Below, in pieces: positions 37,744 to 51,679 of a stretch of DNA of 64,000 bases. Every line of letters begins with the position of its first letter. The first letter of the stretch is position 1. Position numbers and translations under genes: made by a program. The stretch comes from a bacterium. Its GTDB lineage: Bacteria; Zhuqueibacterota; Zhuqueibacteria; Oceanimicrobiales; Oceanimicrobiaceae. A model generated the notes under the pieces. The model searched no databases and was not told where the DNA came from. It saw only the letters and a list, made by a program, of their open reading frames with translations. The stretch covers positions 66,635 through 130,634 of the forward strand of contig JBBIIG010000003.1 of assembly GCA_037446635.1 (NCBI GenBank). The letters are read 5' to 3'.

Positions 37744-38220
37744 TTAATTGAGCAAGCCGTCCAAATCATAATCATCGTCATCGCGGTTTTTTTCATTGAC
37801 CAGCTCAAGATTCCCGAAGTCTTTTACCAACATTCTGGCGATGATTTCGATCAACTCGGTTTTATTTTTGCCTTCTAACTGTTTGATGGAATCGGCGACG
37901 TTGGCGAAGCAATCGCTGTCGTAAATCCAGCAATAAAGCAGGGCGATGCAGTGAATACAAATTTCGCCGCGGCGGCAGGTGGAGCAGAAGGTGGTGATTT
38001 GCCTTTCATCCACTTTGATCTCCACCAGGTTATCCTCGCTGAAATTCTGAAAGCGGCCGGAAATTTTGTTGACGAACACCGTGGGGTGGGCGATGTAGCT
38101 GCTGCAATAGAATGCCCAGCCTTCGCCGCCGGTCGCTTCGTGATCGAGGGTCGCCACCTGCTGTTCGGTTAAATCGTAAAGACTACTCGAAATATTGTAA
38201 CTTTTCGGCTTGTGATTCAT
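37744..38220 (-). CDS. SWIM zinc finger family protein
   Basis: FCSTC...ICIHCIALLY, SWIM-like. Confidence 0.7.
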   Translation of the reverse strand: MNHKPKSYNISSSLYDLTEQQVATLDHEATGGEGWAFYCSSYIAHPTVFVNKISGRFQNFSEDNLVEIKVDERQITTFCSTCRRGEICIHCIALLYCWIYDSDCFANVADSIKQLEGKNKTELIEIIARMLVKDFGNLELVNEKNRDDDDYDLDGLLN

Positions 38221-38336
38221 GCGGCAAAATTACAAAAAATACCTTAAACAAGTCAAGGGAAATATCTTCGATTGGCCAACTCTTAGATCGAAAAAGTGTG
38301 CTAGAAGGCTGCTCGGAAAATGCTTGATGTTACAAA

Positions 38337-38402
38337 TTCATGGTTCGACTCCGCACACCATGAAAAGAATTAGCTTCATACTGAGCGGAGTCGAAGGATG
38401 AA
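38337..38402. repeat. REP-like inverted repeat
   Basis: TTCATGGTTCGACTCCGC ... GCGGAGTCGAAGGATGAA. Confidence 0.55.
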
Positions 38403-38545
38403 GTCGCTCGCACATTCCATTTTCCGACCAGCCTGCTAGTGTTTTTCATTATTGATCTCAGGTACGTTTTTCTTAACAAATAATGCGCAAACTTTTTCTT
38501 GATTTTGAAAAAAAAAGTGATTAGGTTTTCGCTGGTAAAAAAAAT

Positions 38546-38619
38546 GGGCGATTAGCTCAGCTGGTTAGAGCGCTGGTCTCACATACCAGAGGTCGCAGGT
38601 TCGATTCCCGCATCGCCCA
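38546..38619 (+). tRNA. tRNA-Val(CAC)
   Basis: GGGCGAT acceptor stem, D-arm TAGCTCAGCTGGTTAGAGC, anticodon arm CTGGT-CTCACAT-ACCAG, T-loop GTTCGAT. CCA is not encoded. Confidence 0.95.
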
Positions 38620-38626
38620 CAAACTG

Positions 38627-38656
38627 AAAAGGCTCACAAGTTGGTGAGCCTTTTTT
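38627..38656. terminator. Bidirectional terminator after the tRNA
   Basis: AAAAGGCTCAC / GTGAGCCTTTT followed by T's. Confidence 0.8.
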
Positions 38657-38677
38657 GAGCTTTCACAACCCTTCAGA

Positions 38678-39433
38678 TCAACATACACGATTGCCATTGC
38701 TGAGAAAAGGTTGCGCCAGTCCCTTCAAGGAGCCATCCGGTTCGAGCACCGGCTCCGGCGAATATTGAATCGCATAAATCCGCCGCAAGCGATTGGTCTG
38801 GTTGGCGCCGGAGCGGTGAAAAGCCGTGCTGGAAAACACTGCGATGGAGCCGGCTTTACAGATAACCGGCACACCGGGGTGGCTGCCAAAATATCCTACA
38901 CGCTCGTTGGAGTTCGGCACCATTTTGTGCTGCACTTTCTCTTTCGTGCCAGCGAGGGAATAAGGCAAAATGTAAAGCGTGCCGTTTTCCTCATTGACGT
39001 CATCTAAAGGAATCCAGCAGTTGACGTACGGTTTGTGGGGGCCATCACAATAACCAGAGTCCTGGTGCCAACCGAACTCCGAGCCCTTTTCCGATCCCTT
39101 CACCACGAATTGTTCCCAGAAGAGTTGCGCTTCCGGGCCGATCGTGGCGCGGCAAATTTCCGCCATCAAATCGCTAAAAATGAATTGGCCCAGCAGCGGC
39201 CGGTTTTTATACGCTAAAAATACAAAGTAGCGGCTGTTGCGCCGGCTCAAATTAATGACATCGGTGCCCTGCCGATCCATCTCGGCCTCCTGCTCGGCAA
39301 TCAGTTCGGAACATTGTGCGCGCAGAATTTCCAAATCTTCGTCCGGAATGACTTTATCAAGTATAAAATAGCCTTCTTTTTGATACTGCTCTTTCTGCTG
39401 CGGCGTAATACGGAATCCATTGGTTTTTGACAT
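38678..39433 (-). CDS. Phytanoyl-CoA dioxygenase (PhyH) family Fe(II)/2-oxoglutarate dioxygenase
   Basis: WHQD, WIPLDDVNEENGTL and FHRSGAN. Confidence 0.9.
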   Translation of the reverse strand: MSKTNGFRITPQQKEQYQKEGYFILDKVIPDEDLEILRAQCSELIAEQEAEMDRQGTDVINLSRRNSRYFVFLAYKNRPLLGQFIFSDLMAEICRATIGPEAQLFWEQFVVKGSEKGSEFGWHQDSGYCDGPHKPYVNCWIPLDDVNEENGTLYILPYSLAGTKEKVQHKMVPNSNERVGYFGSHPGVPVICKAGSIAVFSSTAFHRSGANQTNRLRRIYAIQYSPEPVLEPDGSLKGLAQPFLSNGNRVC

Positions 39434-39469
39434 GGTTGCTACCTCAGTTTTAATTAGTGATAATCGCGT

Positions 39470-40987
39470 TCATTTTAATTTATCGAAAGTTGGTTTAAAC
39501 GTCGCGTACATTTCTTTATAAATAGCGTAAGCCGATTCATAGCGCTTCACCCACTCCGGCTGCGCAGGCGTGCGCGTTGAAATTTTAATGGTTTGCTCAC
39601 ACGCCGCTTCTACATCACCATAAACACCGGCGCCCACGCCCGCGAGCAGAGCCGCGCCGTAGGGAGCGCCCTCGGTTGAAACCAAGGTACTCAATTCAGA
39701 ATTTAGCACGCTAGCGAGAATTTGCCGCCAGAGCTCGCTGCGGGCGCCGCCGCCGGAAACATAAACTTCGGAAATAGACAAGCCCATTTTTTTGATCAAC
39801 TCCAGACAGTCGCGCAAACTGAACGCCACGCCTTCTAAAACGGCGCGCGTCAAATGGGCTTTGGTGTGGCGCACCGTTAATCCGAAGAACACGCCGCGGG
39901 CGTTGGGATCGGGATGCGGCGTACGCTCGCCGCTCAAATAGGGCAGAAAAAACAGCCCCTCGCAGCCAGCGGGCGCGTTGCCGGCTGCGGCTATCAACAA
40001 TTCATACGGATCAACTTTTTTGGATTTCGCGAGCTGGACTTCCTCCTGCGCCAGCGTGTCGCGGAACCAGCGCAGCGAGCCGCCGGCCGCAAGCGTGACG
40101 CCCATCACGTGCCAGGCGCCGGGCGCGGCGTGGCAAAAGGCATGAAGCCGGCCCTCCGGTTCCACCGCTAATTTTGGCGTGTGCGCAAAAACCACCCCGG
40201 AGGTTCCGATCGTAATCGAAACCACGCCGGAGCGCACGATGCCGCTTCCCACGGCGCCGGCGGCCTGATCGCCGCCGCCGCCGACCACCGCTGTCCCCGC
40301 GGCCAAACCGGTAACCGCTGCGGCGTTTTTCGTCACTTGGCCAGTAATTTCCGGCGATTCATAAATTTTCGGCAGCCAATCTTTTGGAATCTCCAAATGG
40401 CGCAGCATCGGCTCGGACCAACTGCGGCGCTGAACATCCAGCAGCGACGTGCCGGAGGCGTCCGAAACCTCGGTGGCGTACTCGCCGGTGAGCCGGTAGC
40501 GAATGTAATCCTTTGGCAGCAAAATCTGAGCGGCTTTCTCAAAAACCTGCGGCTCGTTCTCGCGAACCCAAATTACTTTTGGCGCGGTAAATCCCGGCAG
40601 CACCGGATTGCCGGTGAGCTGCAGCAATTTTTTTGCGCCGATTTTTTCGGTGATGGCGGCGCACTGCGGCGCGGTGCGCTGATCGTTCCACATGATGCAG
40701 GGCCGCAAAACCTGGCCGGATTTGTCCAGCAAAACCAGACCGTGCATTTGGCCAGTCAACCCAATCGCTTTCACTTCGTTGGGTTTCACCCCCGATTTGT
40801 CCAAAACCGTGCGGAAACTTTTTTGAGCGGCCTGCCACCAATCTTCGGGATTTTGCTCCGACCACAGAGGCCGCGGCGTGAACATCGGGTACTCAGAAGT
40901 GGCGCTGGCGAGCACGTCGCCTTTTGAATTGATCAGCAGCGCTTTGGCGCCGGTGGTCCCGACATCTAAACCGAGTAAATAGGCCAT
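39470..40987 (-). CDS. xylB: Xylulokinase (FGGY kinase)
   Basis: LGLDVGTTG, GLTGQMHG, WNDQRT, GGGDQAAGAVG and LPYLSGERTP. Confidence 0.92.
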   Translation of the reverse strand: MAYLLGLDVGTTGAKALLINSKGDVLASATSEYPMFTPRPLWSEQNPEDWWQAAQKSFRTVLDKSGVKPNEVKAIGLTGQMHGLVLLDKSGQVLRPCIMWNDQRTAPQCAAITEKIGAKKLLQLTGNPVLPGFTAPKVIWVRENEPQVFEKAAQILLPKDYIRYRLTGEYATEVSDASGTSLLDVQRRSWSEPMLRHLEIPKDWLPKIYESPEITGQVTKNAAAVTGLAAGTAVVGGGGDQAAGAVGSGIVRSGVVSITIGTSGVVFAHTPKLAVEPEGRLHAFCHAAPGAWHVMGVTLAAGGSLRWFRDTLAQEEVQLAKSKKVDPYELLIAAAGNAPAGCEGLFFLPYLSGERTPHPDPNARGVFFGLTVRHTKAHLTRAVLEGVAFSLRDCLELIKKMGLSISEVYVSGGGARSELWRQILASVLNSELSTLVSTEGAPYGAALLAGVGAGVYGDVEAACEQTIKISTRTPAQPEWVKRYESAYAIYKEMYATFKPTFDKLK

Positions 40988-41033
40988 CTTTCAGCTTCCA
41001 AAAATTTTATGGTGGTGAATTCAATTTTCTACG

Positions 41034-41061
41034 GTAGGGGCAATTCATGAATCGCCCCTAC
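41034..41061. repeat. GTAG-type REP
   Basis: GTAGGGGCAATTCATGAATCGCCCCTAC, with a near-identical copy at 50631-50657. It supplies the TAG stop of the cupin gene. Confidence 0.8.
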
Positions 41062-41690
41062 CAGGTCGCATTGCGATTTGGGATGGCCGGACCGTGCGTG
41101 TGTTCCCACAAATGGCCCAGCCGCTTTTGTCCCCTCAACGTGGTCTCAAAGTAAACGCCGGTGATTTTCTCAAACACAAAGGGAAAATCGTGGTGATACC
41201 TCATGGCCGTGGCCACGCAATCGCCGGCCGCGACGTCAAAAATTTGGCCTTCGGTGACGACTCTTCCCCGGCCATTGACGATGATCCAATATTCATCGAA
41301 GTCGTGGTAGTGGTTATCAAAAACCGTGTTGCGCGGATAGGCCGTTGGGTCGCCGTCGTTTCGCGGTGAGTCGCTTTTATCCAGCGTGAAAACGCCGCAG
41401 GAACCGATTTCCTCGCCCCAGTGTCCGGCCACCCGCACCAACGTGAGCGGCTCATCAACATTGCTCACGACGAACATCCCATCACTGCCGAGATCGTAGA
41501 TTTGGCCGGGGCCGGCCTCGCGCTCCGTCTCGCCAACTAAAACTGAACCCAAACCTTCGCACACAAAGAGCTTCTCTTTCGCCGCGGCTCGTTCAAACCG
41601 GCGCGTCTCTCCTTTTTTCAAATTGGCGATTTCAAAAAATGTCATCTCGCACCAACTGGGCAGCCATTGAGCGTTTTTGAAAATAGGCAT
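41058..41690 (-). CDS. Cupin domain protein
   Basis: HYHDFDEYWII and HHDF metal-binding cupin motifs. Confidence 0.8.
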   Translation of the reverse strand: MPIFKNAQWLPSWCEMTFFEIANLKKGETRRFERAAAKEKLFVCEGLGSVLVGETEREAGPGQIYDLGSDGMFVVSNVDEPLTLVRVAGHWGEEIGSCGVFTLDKSDSPRNDGDPTAYPRNTVFDNHYHDFDEYWIIVNGRGRVVTEGQIFDVAAGDCVATAMRYHHDFPFVFEKITGVYFETTLRGQKRLGHLWEHTHGPAIPNRNATW

Positions 41691-41693
41691 AGG

Positions 41694-42599
41694 CTATCCT
41701 AAAGCAACGTTGGTGCAACCTAATTTTTCGAGCGCGGCGATCCAGCCGGATTTCGTGGCGTCGTCGGTGTTGGGGAGATGCGCCAGCTCCGGCTCGCGGC
41801 CGATGCGGCGCGCTTTGTCCACGCCCATGTTGTGATAGGCCATGATATCGATGCGAAGAAGATTCGGATACCGCTGTGAAAGCTCCGCAATTCCCATGAG
41901 ATGCTCGGCTGTATCATTCACGCCCGGCACCAGCGGGCAGCGCACGATAATGCGCGCGCCGGCGTGGTAAAGAAAATCGAAATTGCTGAGGATCAAATCA
42001 TTGGACACGCCAGTCCAGCGGCGGTGCGTTGCGGCGTCCGTCGCTTTATAATCGAAAAGAAACAGATCGACGTGTTTGATGATGGCGCGGTATTTTTCCA
42101 CGGGCGCGAAGCCGCAGGTATCCACGCAGGTGTGAATGCCCGCGGATTTTGCGGCCCGCAGCAGCGCGCGGGTAAATTCAAACTGCGCCATCGGCTCGCC
42201 GCCGGAGATGGTGAGCCCGCCGCCGCTGCGCTTGTAATAAGCAATATCTTTGATCACCTCCTGCATAACGCGCTCGACCGTCATTTCCGCGCCAATAATT
42301 TTGAGCGCACCGTGCGAACATTCCGGCGCGCAGAGTCCACAGGCGTCGCAGAGATTTCGTTCAAAAACACGCTGGCCATTTTCGATGCGCATTGCGCCGG
42401 TGGGGCAAGCCACCACGCAGGAAAAACTGCTTTGGCATTTATCCGCCCAAAACGATAACTCCGGTTTGAACGATTGCGATTCCGGGTTGTGGCACCAGGC
42501 GCAGCGCAGCGGACAGCCTTTGAGAAAGACGGTGGTGCGAATGCCGGGCCCATCGTGAAGGGCAAAGCGTTGGATGTCGAAAACGAGTCCAGTCATCAT
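41694..42599 (-). CDS. Glycyl-radical enzyme activating enzyme (radical SAM with ferredoxin insert)
   Basis: HDGPGIRTTVFLKGCPLRCAWCHNPES, CDACGLC and SGGEP. Confidence 0.95.
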   Translation of the reverse strand: MMTGLVFDIQRFALHDGPGIRTTVFLKGCPLRCAWCHNPESQSFKPELSFWADKCQSSFSCVVACPTGAMRIENGQRVFERNLCDACGLCAPECSHGALKIIGAEMTVERVMQEVIKDIAYYKRSGGGLTISGGEPMAQFEFTRALLRAAKSAGIHTCVDTCGFAPVEKYRAIIKHVDLFLFDYKATDAATHRRWTGVSNDLILSNFDFLYHAGARIIVRCPLVPGVNDTAEHLMGIAELSQRYPNLLRIDIMAYHNMGVDKARRIGREPELAHLPNTDDATKSGWIAALEKLGCTNVALG

Positions 42600-42887
42600 C
42601 TCAATTACTTCTGGTATTGTAAAAATTAGATCGCCTGTGATGAATCATCAGGCTAATTTGCTGAAGTCGATTGAAATCGACTATAGACGGCAACAGCTTA
42701 ATTTATTAAGCTTAGCTTGGAAATTCATTTCCAAGCGAACTGCTTTCATCGACAGAAGCCATCTTCTTAGGATTTTTACAATAGTCCAGCTACTTTAAAC
42801 TATAGTGCGGAGAAAGCATTACACCCCTGCCCCGCAAAAAGCGCGGGGCGATCCCCTCAAGGGGACATTTTGCGTTCGCGCTTTACA

Positions 42888-45191
42888 TCAGTAAAGTGTC
42901 CGATTCAAAATTTCCAATTGCACGTCGCGGGAGAGTTCCACGAAGCGGGCGCTGAAGCCGCCGACGCGCACAAATAGGTGCTGGTATTTTTCCGGTTCTA
43001 TTAGCGCGCGTTCGAGATCGCCGCGGCTGACCACGGTGATCATCGCCTGCGCGCCGCCCTTTTCAAAGTAGGTATCCAGCAGCGCCGAGACTTCTTTGGG
43101 CTGGGTGGTGAACAGCTCGCGGCTGAATTTCATATTCTGCACCGCGCCGGCGTGAATTTTTGGCGACGGCTTGACGATGGAATTCAAAAACGCAGTAACG
43201 CCGCTGCGGTCGAACCCACTGGTGGGATTATTGCCATTGTTCATCGGCTCACCGGAAAGACGGCCGTCCGCCGACGCCGCGGTTTGATGCCCCATCAGCG
43301 TGTTGGCGCTGTTGTTGATGATAACCACGAGGTACGAATGCAGTCCGACCCGCTGGGCTTGCTGGCGCACGTAATTGCAGACGTGGTTGTGAACCTCGAG
43401 CAGCATGCGGTCAGCGCGATCGTCATCATTGCCGTATTTGGGCGCGTCCAGCAATTTGCGGCGCAGTTTTTCGTAGCCCGCGAAGTTGGCGTCGAGCGCC
43501 GCCAGCAGCTCCTCCGGTTGAATTAACTTTTTCTCATAAACCAACTCTTTGATGGCGGTGAGGCTATCGGCGGTGTTGGAGTTGCCGTAGGTTTCCAGCG
43601 TTCCTCCTAAATAACGAATGCCGCCGGCAAACGCGCCTTTACCGCGGAGCAAGCAATCATCGTACAACATGCTCAAATAGAGAAACGGCGCTACTTCGCC
43701 GGCGATTTTGTATTCGAGCACTTCCTGCTCGGCCATCATTTCCACAAAAAATTCCACTTGCTTTTTGTAAGCATTCCAGAGGTCGTCGAAGGTTTTGAAA
43801 TCGCGAAACTCGCCCAACGCCAGTCCGATGGTTTTGCCGGTCATGGGATCGACGCCGTTGTGCAGCGTCACTTCCAACGCCTTGAGCAGATTAATAACGC
43901 CGCTGGGCGTGCCGAAACTTTGATGTTCGATGATGTACTCACCGCAGCCGTAGGGCACGTACTGCTCCGCGGTTTCGCGATCGAATCCGAAGGCCGCCAT
44001 CACCGCCGGCACGTTGACGTCGTCGTTGTAAAGCATCGGGAAGGTGCGGCCGGCGCCGATCACTTGCATGGCTTTTTCCATCAACGCCGGGTTCATACCT
44101 TTGTAAAATCGCAGTGAAAGCTGCGGCTCGATTTCCAGCACGGTGCGCGTCGCTTCCATCGCCAGCAGCGCAAAACGGTCGGCGTGCGCTTCGTTGGGAC
44201 GGCCCACGCCGCCGATGATCACCCGGTTGTGAACGACGGTGTGCAGATCAGCCATGAGCTGCCACAGCGATTGCAGCAGCCGCAGCGCCTGCGCTTCGGA
44301 CAGCGCGCCCGATTCCAGATCGGCCGCCAAAAATTCTCCAAGATAGACGTCCATGCGGCCGTAGTTGCGGACGTCCGCGACGCGCGCATAGAGCCAAAAA
44401 AGTTGAATGGCCTCGCGTAAATTTCGCGGCTTGCTGTTGCTGATGTTATTCAACACCGCTGCCATCTCCGTCAGCTCGCGGGCGCGCTCGCGGCGAGTTT
44501 CCGCCAGCGCTTTCTTCTCCGCTTGCTTGGCGAAAAAGCGGCAAACATCCACCAGCACGTCCAGCGCCAGCCGCATGCCGTCGTAAAGTTTCACATCGCC
44601 GTGGTTGGCGGCCGCTTTCGCGCGGTAACGTTCCACTTCCTCATACATGCCAGGGATGCCGAGGCGCACCAGTTTGCCAAAATCAATCGTGCCGCCGGTG
44701 AGACGGTACAGTGGAAACGCGATGCCGTGATCGTGCATCCAATCATCGGTGGGAAGATAGCGCGCCATTTCGGGCGGATAGGCTGCGCGCAGTTTGCTGG
44801 AGGTGTCTTCGCTTTTCCAAAAATCGAGCATGGCCAAAACGGCGCGGCGGGTTTTAGCATCGGCGCCGGAATCATCGAGGCGTCTGAGGATTTCCGCGCG
44901 CTGGCAGTAATAGCCAAAGGCGGTGGGGCCCCACTCGTCCGGAGTCACGCCCACCAGCGGGTGGTCGATGCGGCCGGCAAAGAGATCGCCATCCTGGATT
45001 TCGGCAAAGAAATCTGGAAACTGCGTTTTCAAACACATCGCCTCGCGGATGGCCGGATGCTCGTGCTGAAAGCGCTGGTAAGTTTCGGTGAAGCGCACCT
45101 CGCGGCCAAAATTATACTTCTTCAACATTTCTGATTTTCCATTTGGTTTTTTGGCCATTTTATTTGCATATTTAATATAGAATTTTGCCAT
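42888..45191 (-). CDS. Glycyl radical enzyme (PFL-like family), uncharacterised class
   Basis: Cys loop PYGCGE and Gly loop VRVGGFSARF. Start is uncertain (45191, 45158 or 45128). Confidence 0.92.
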   Translation of the reverse strand: MAKFYIKYANKMAKKPNGKSEMLKKYNFGREVRFTETYQRFQHEHPAIREAMCLKTQFPDFFAEIQDGDLFAGRIDHPLVGVTPDEWGPTAFGYYCQRAEILRRLDDSGADAKTRRAVLAMLDFWKSEDTSSKLRAAYPPEMARYLPTDDWMHDHGIAFPLYRLTGGTIDFGKLVRLGIPGMYEEVERYRAKAAANHGDVKLYDGMRLALDVLVDVCRFFAKQAEKKALAETRRERARELTEMAAVLNNISNSKPRNLREAIQLFWLYARVADVRNYGRMDVYLGEFLAADLESGALSEAQALRLLQSLWQLMADLHTVVHNRVIIGGVGRPNEAHADRFALLAMEATRTVLEIEPQLSLRFYKGMNPALMEKAMQVIGAGRTFPMLYNDDVNVPAVMAAFGFDRETAEQYVPYGCGEYIIEHQSFGTPSGVINLLKALEVTLHNGVDPMTGKTIGLALGEFRDFKTFDDLWNAYKKQVEFFVEMMAEQEVLEYKIAGEVAPFLYLSMLYDDCLLRGKGAFAGGIRYLGGTLETYGNSNTADSLTAIKELVYEKKLIQPEELLAALDANFAGYEKLRRKLLDAPKYGNDDDRADRMLLEVHNHVCNYVRQQAQRVGLHSYLVVIINNSANTLMGHQTAASADGRLSGEPMNNGNNPTSGFDRSGVTAFLNSIVKPSPKIHAGAVQNMKFSRELFTTQPKEVSALLDTYFEKGGAQAMITVVSRGDLERALIEPEKYQHLFVRVGGFSARFVELSRDVQLEILNRTLY

Positions 45192-45241
45192 AAAAAGTCT
45201 TGTCTTAATTTGACCGTTTTTTTGTGCTATATTGATATTTA

Positions 45242-45268
45242 GTAGGGCGAGCAGACTGGTCGCCCGAC
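45242..45268. repeat. GTAG-type REP
   Basis: GTAGGGCGAGCAGACTGGTCGCCCGAC hairpin. Confidence 0.5.
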
Positions 45269-45276
45269 ATTAAAAC

Positions 45277-46137
45277 ATGGACACACTCAAAATCTATACT
45301 GCGGATTTAATCGACCCGGAGTCCGAGATCCATTACGCTTTTCACAAAAGCATCCGCAGCATCACGATTGCCCATCATCACGAGTTCTTTGAAGTTTTTC
45401 TCATCACCAAAGGCGAAGTGGTGCACGTCATCAACGGCAAGCAGGAAATTCTCAGCGAGGGCGCGCTGGTGTTCATTCGCCCGGATGACATACACCATTA
45501 CGCCAAAAGCAACGGCCACGAATGCGAACTCATCAACCTTGCGTTCTCCCACAAAACCGCACTCGAGCTATTTCACTATCTCGGCGAGGGATTTTTGCCG
45601 ACGCGATTGTTAGATGCGAAAATGCCGCCGCGGGCAACCCTGCCGAAGGCCGAGCTTCATTTAGTTAAAACACGATTGGAGGAACTCAACACGCTGCCGC
45701 GTTCCGACAAAGCGGCGGTGCGCACCCGGCTGCGCGTGCTGCTGGTGGAGCTGTTCAGCAAGTATTTTCCCGTCAGCAAACAGTCGGAGAAAAAATCGAT
45801 TCCGGATTGGTTGGACTGGCTGGTGAACGAAATGCACAAGAAGGAAAACTTCACAGGCGGGCTGGCGCGCATGCAGGAGCTTTCGCGCCGCACGCCGGAA
45901 CACCTCAGCCGCCTTTTCAAAAAACATCTCGGCGTTACGCCCACGCAATTCATCAACGAGTTGCGATTGAATTACGCCGCCAATCTTCTGGCCAACAGCG
46001 ACGAGACGATTGCCAGCATCGCGCTGGAAGCCGGGTTTGAGAACCTCAGCCACTTTTATCATCTCTTCAAATTAAAATTCAAACGCTCGCCCAAACAGTT
46101 TCGCGCGGATAATAAGAAGAGCGTCATTCCGGAATAA
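45277..46137 (+). CDS. AraC family transcriptional regulator (cupin sensor + HTH)
   Basis: HHHEFFEVF, EHLSRLFKK, IALEAGFENLSHFY. Divergent from the GRE gene. Confidence 0.93.
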   Translation: MDTLKIYTADLIDPESEIHYAFHKSIRSITIAHHHEFFEVFLITKGEVVHVINGKQEILSEGALVFIRPDDIHHYAKSNGHECELINLAFSHKTALELFHYLGEGFLPTRLLDAKMPPRATLPKAELHLVKTRLEELNTLPRSDKAAVRTRLRVLLVELFSKYFPVSKQSEKKSIPDWLDWLVNEMHKKENFTGGLARMQELSRRTPEHLSRLFKKHLGVTPTQFINELRLNYAANLLANSDETIASIALEAGFENLSHFYHLFKLKFKRSPKQFRADNKKSVIPE

Positions 46138-46169
46138 TGGGGTGAAACGCTTTTTTTCTGCGGAGCGGA

Positions 46170-50516
<4,347 letters not shown>

Positions 50517-50630
50517 GCTACTCCAATGAATTAGTTAGATGTTATATCTAATTTCGACAATTATAATCGGTTTCTTGATGTGAGAGGATGACGGCGTGCA
50601 AAAAATCAGCGCAGCATATTTTTGCGGCCC

Positions 50631-50657
50631 GTAGGGGCAATTCATGAATGCCCCTAC
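50631..50657. repeat. GTAG-type REP
   Basis: GTAGGGGCAATTCATGAATGCCCCTAC. Confidence 0.8.
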
Positions 50658-50670
50658 TAGGTTCGACGAA

Positions 50671-51588
50671 TCATGGGAGGCGCTGCAGTTTAGTGAGGCG
50701 TCCGCGCTCATGCCACTCGACGACATACACATCGCCGCGGGAATCCACGCACACGGCGTGCGGGGCCACAAATTTGTCCGAAGGCAAATCGGACAGCGGT
50801 AGGTTCGGCCAGCCCTCCTTTTCCCAGACCGCGGGGTTGTCGCCGAGATGGGTGATGAGCCGGTTGTGGCGATCAAAAATCGTAACGCGAGCGAGCAAAT
50901 CCGGGATGTAAATTTCGTCCCCAAACTGATAGAAACAGCACGGCAGCCGCAGTTCTGCGGTGATGAAATCGATGGGCTCGCCAACAAGAGTGAACCGCTG
51001 GATGCGTTGGTTGCCGCGGTCGGCGACCAGCAGAATCGGCGCGCGGCCGCGGGTGTCCACCCAAATCCCGTGGGGGCAATCTAATTTTCCGGCATCACTG
51101 CCTTTGCCGCCCCACGAGCGAATGTAAACTGCCTTCCGCGAGTAGTGATGAATCCAGTTTTGGCCGTAGCCGTCGCAGACGTAAACATCCCCGTTAGGCG
51201 CGACGGCGACGTCGGTGGGCTGGAATTGTTCTTCTGATTGATAAACGTCGGGCAGTTTCGGCGCGCCCAATTCCCACAAGATTTCACCATTGAGAGTTGT
51301 TTTGACCACGAGATGACGATCGAGATCGGTGAGATAGAGAAATTCATTCTCTCCCTCATTGCTCAAAAACATGCCGTGCGCGCCTTTGGCAAATTCCCCT
51401 CCCCACGAATTTAGAAATTGGCCGTCGCGATCAAGCACAATCACCGCGTTTTCACTTTGATTGAAAATGTACACGCGATCGCGGGAGTCCACCACCACGC
51501 CGTGCGTATAGCCGAGTTTGATGCGATTTGGCAGCTTCGCCCAATCGGGAACGACTTCATACGTGTGCAAGCCGTGGCCTACTTTCAT
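50671..51588 (-). CDS. NHL-repeat beta-propeller protein (peptidylglycine lyase-like)
   Basis: HGVVVDS, PTDVAVAPNGDVYVCDGYG, PHGIWVD and ADRGN. ATG at 51588 with SD AGGAGA. Confidence 0.85.
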   Translation of the reverse strand: MKVGHGLHTYEVVPDWAKLPNRIKLGYTHGVVVDSRDRVYIFNQSENAVIVLDRDGQFLNSWGGEFAKGAHGMFLSNEGENEFLYLTDLDRHLVVKTTLNGEILWELGAPKLPDVYQSEEQFQPTDVAVAPNGDVYVCDGYGQNWIHHYSRKAVYIRSWGGKGSDAGKLDCPHGIWVDTRGRAPILLVADRGNQRIQRFTLVGEPIDFITAELRLPCCFYQFGDEIYIPDLLARVTIFDRHNRLITHLGDNPAVWEKEGWPNLPLSDLPSDKFVAPHAVCVDSRGDVYVVEWHERGRLTKLQRLP

Positions 51589-51679
51589 TGGCTGTTCTCC
51601 TTTGGAGTGCATCGACGGGCGCCGATGCAGGGGCAACCTCGCAGCAGTACGTTGACACAGGCAACGTACTGCATAAAAA

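Noticed and set aside
42888..45191. Glycyl-radical microcompartment linking the GRE to eutN
   Set aside because: The genes are about 36 kb apart, no shell genes neighbour the GRE, and I see no encapsulation peptide in it.
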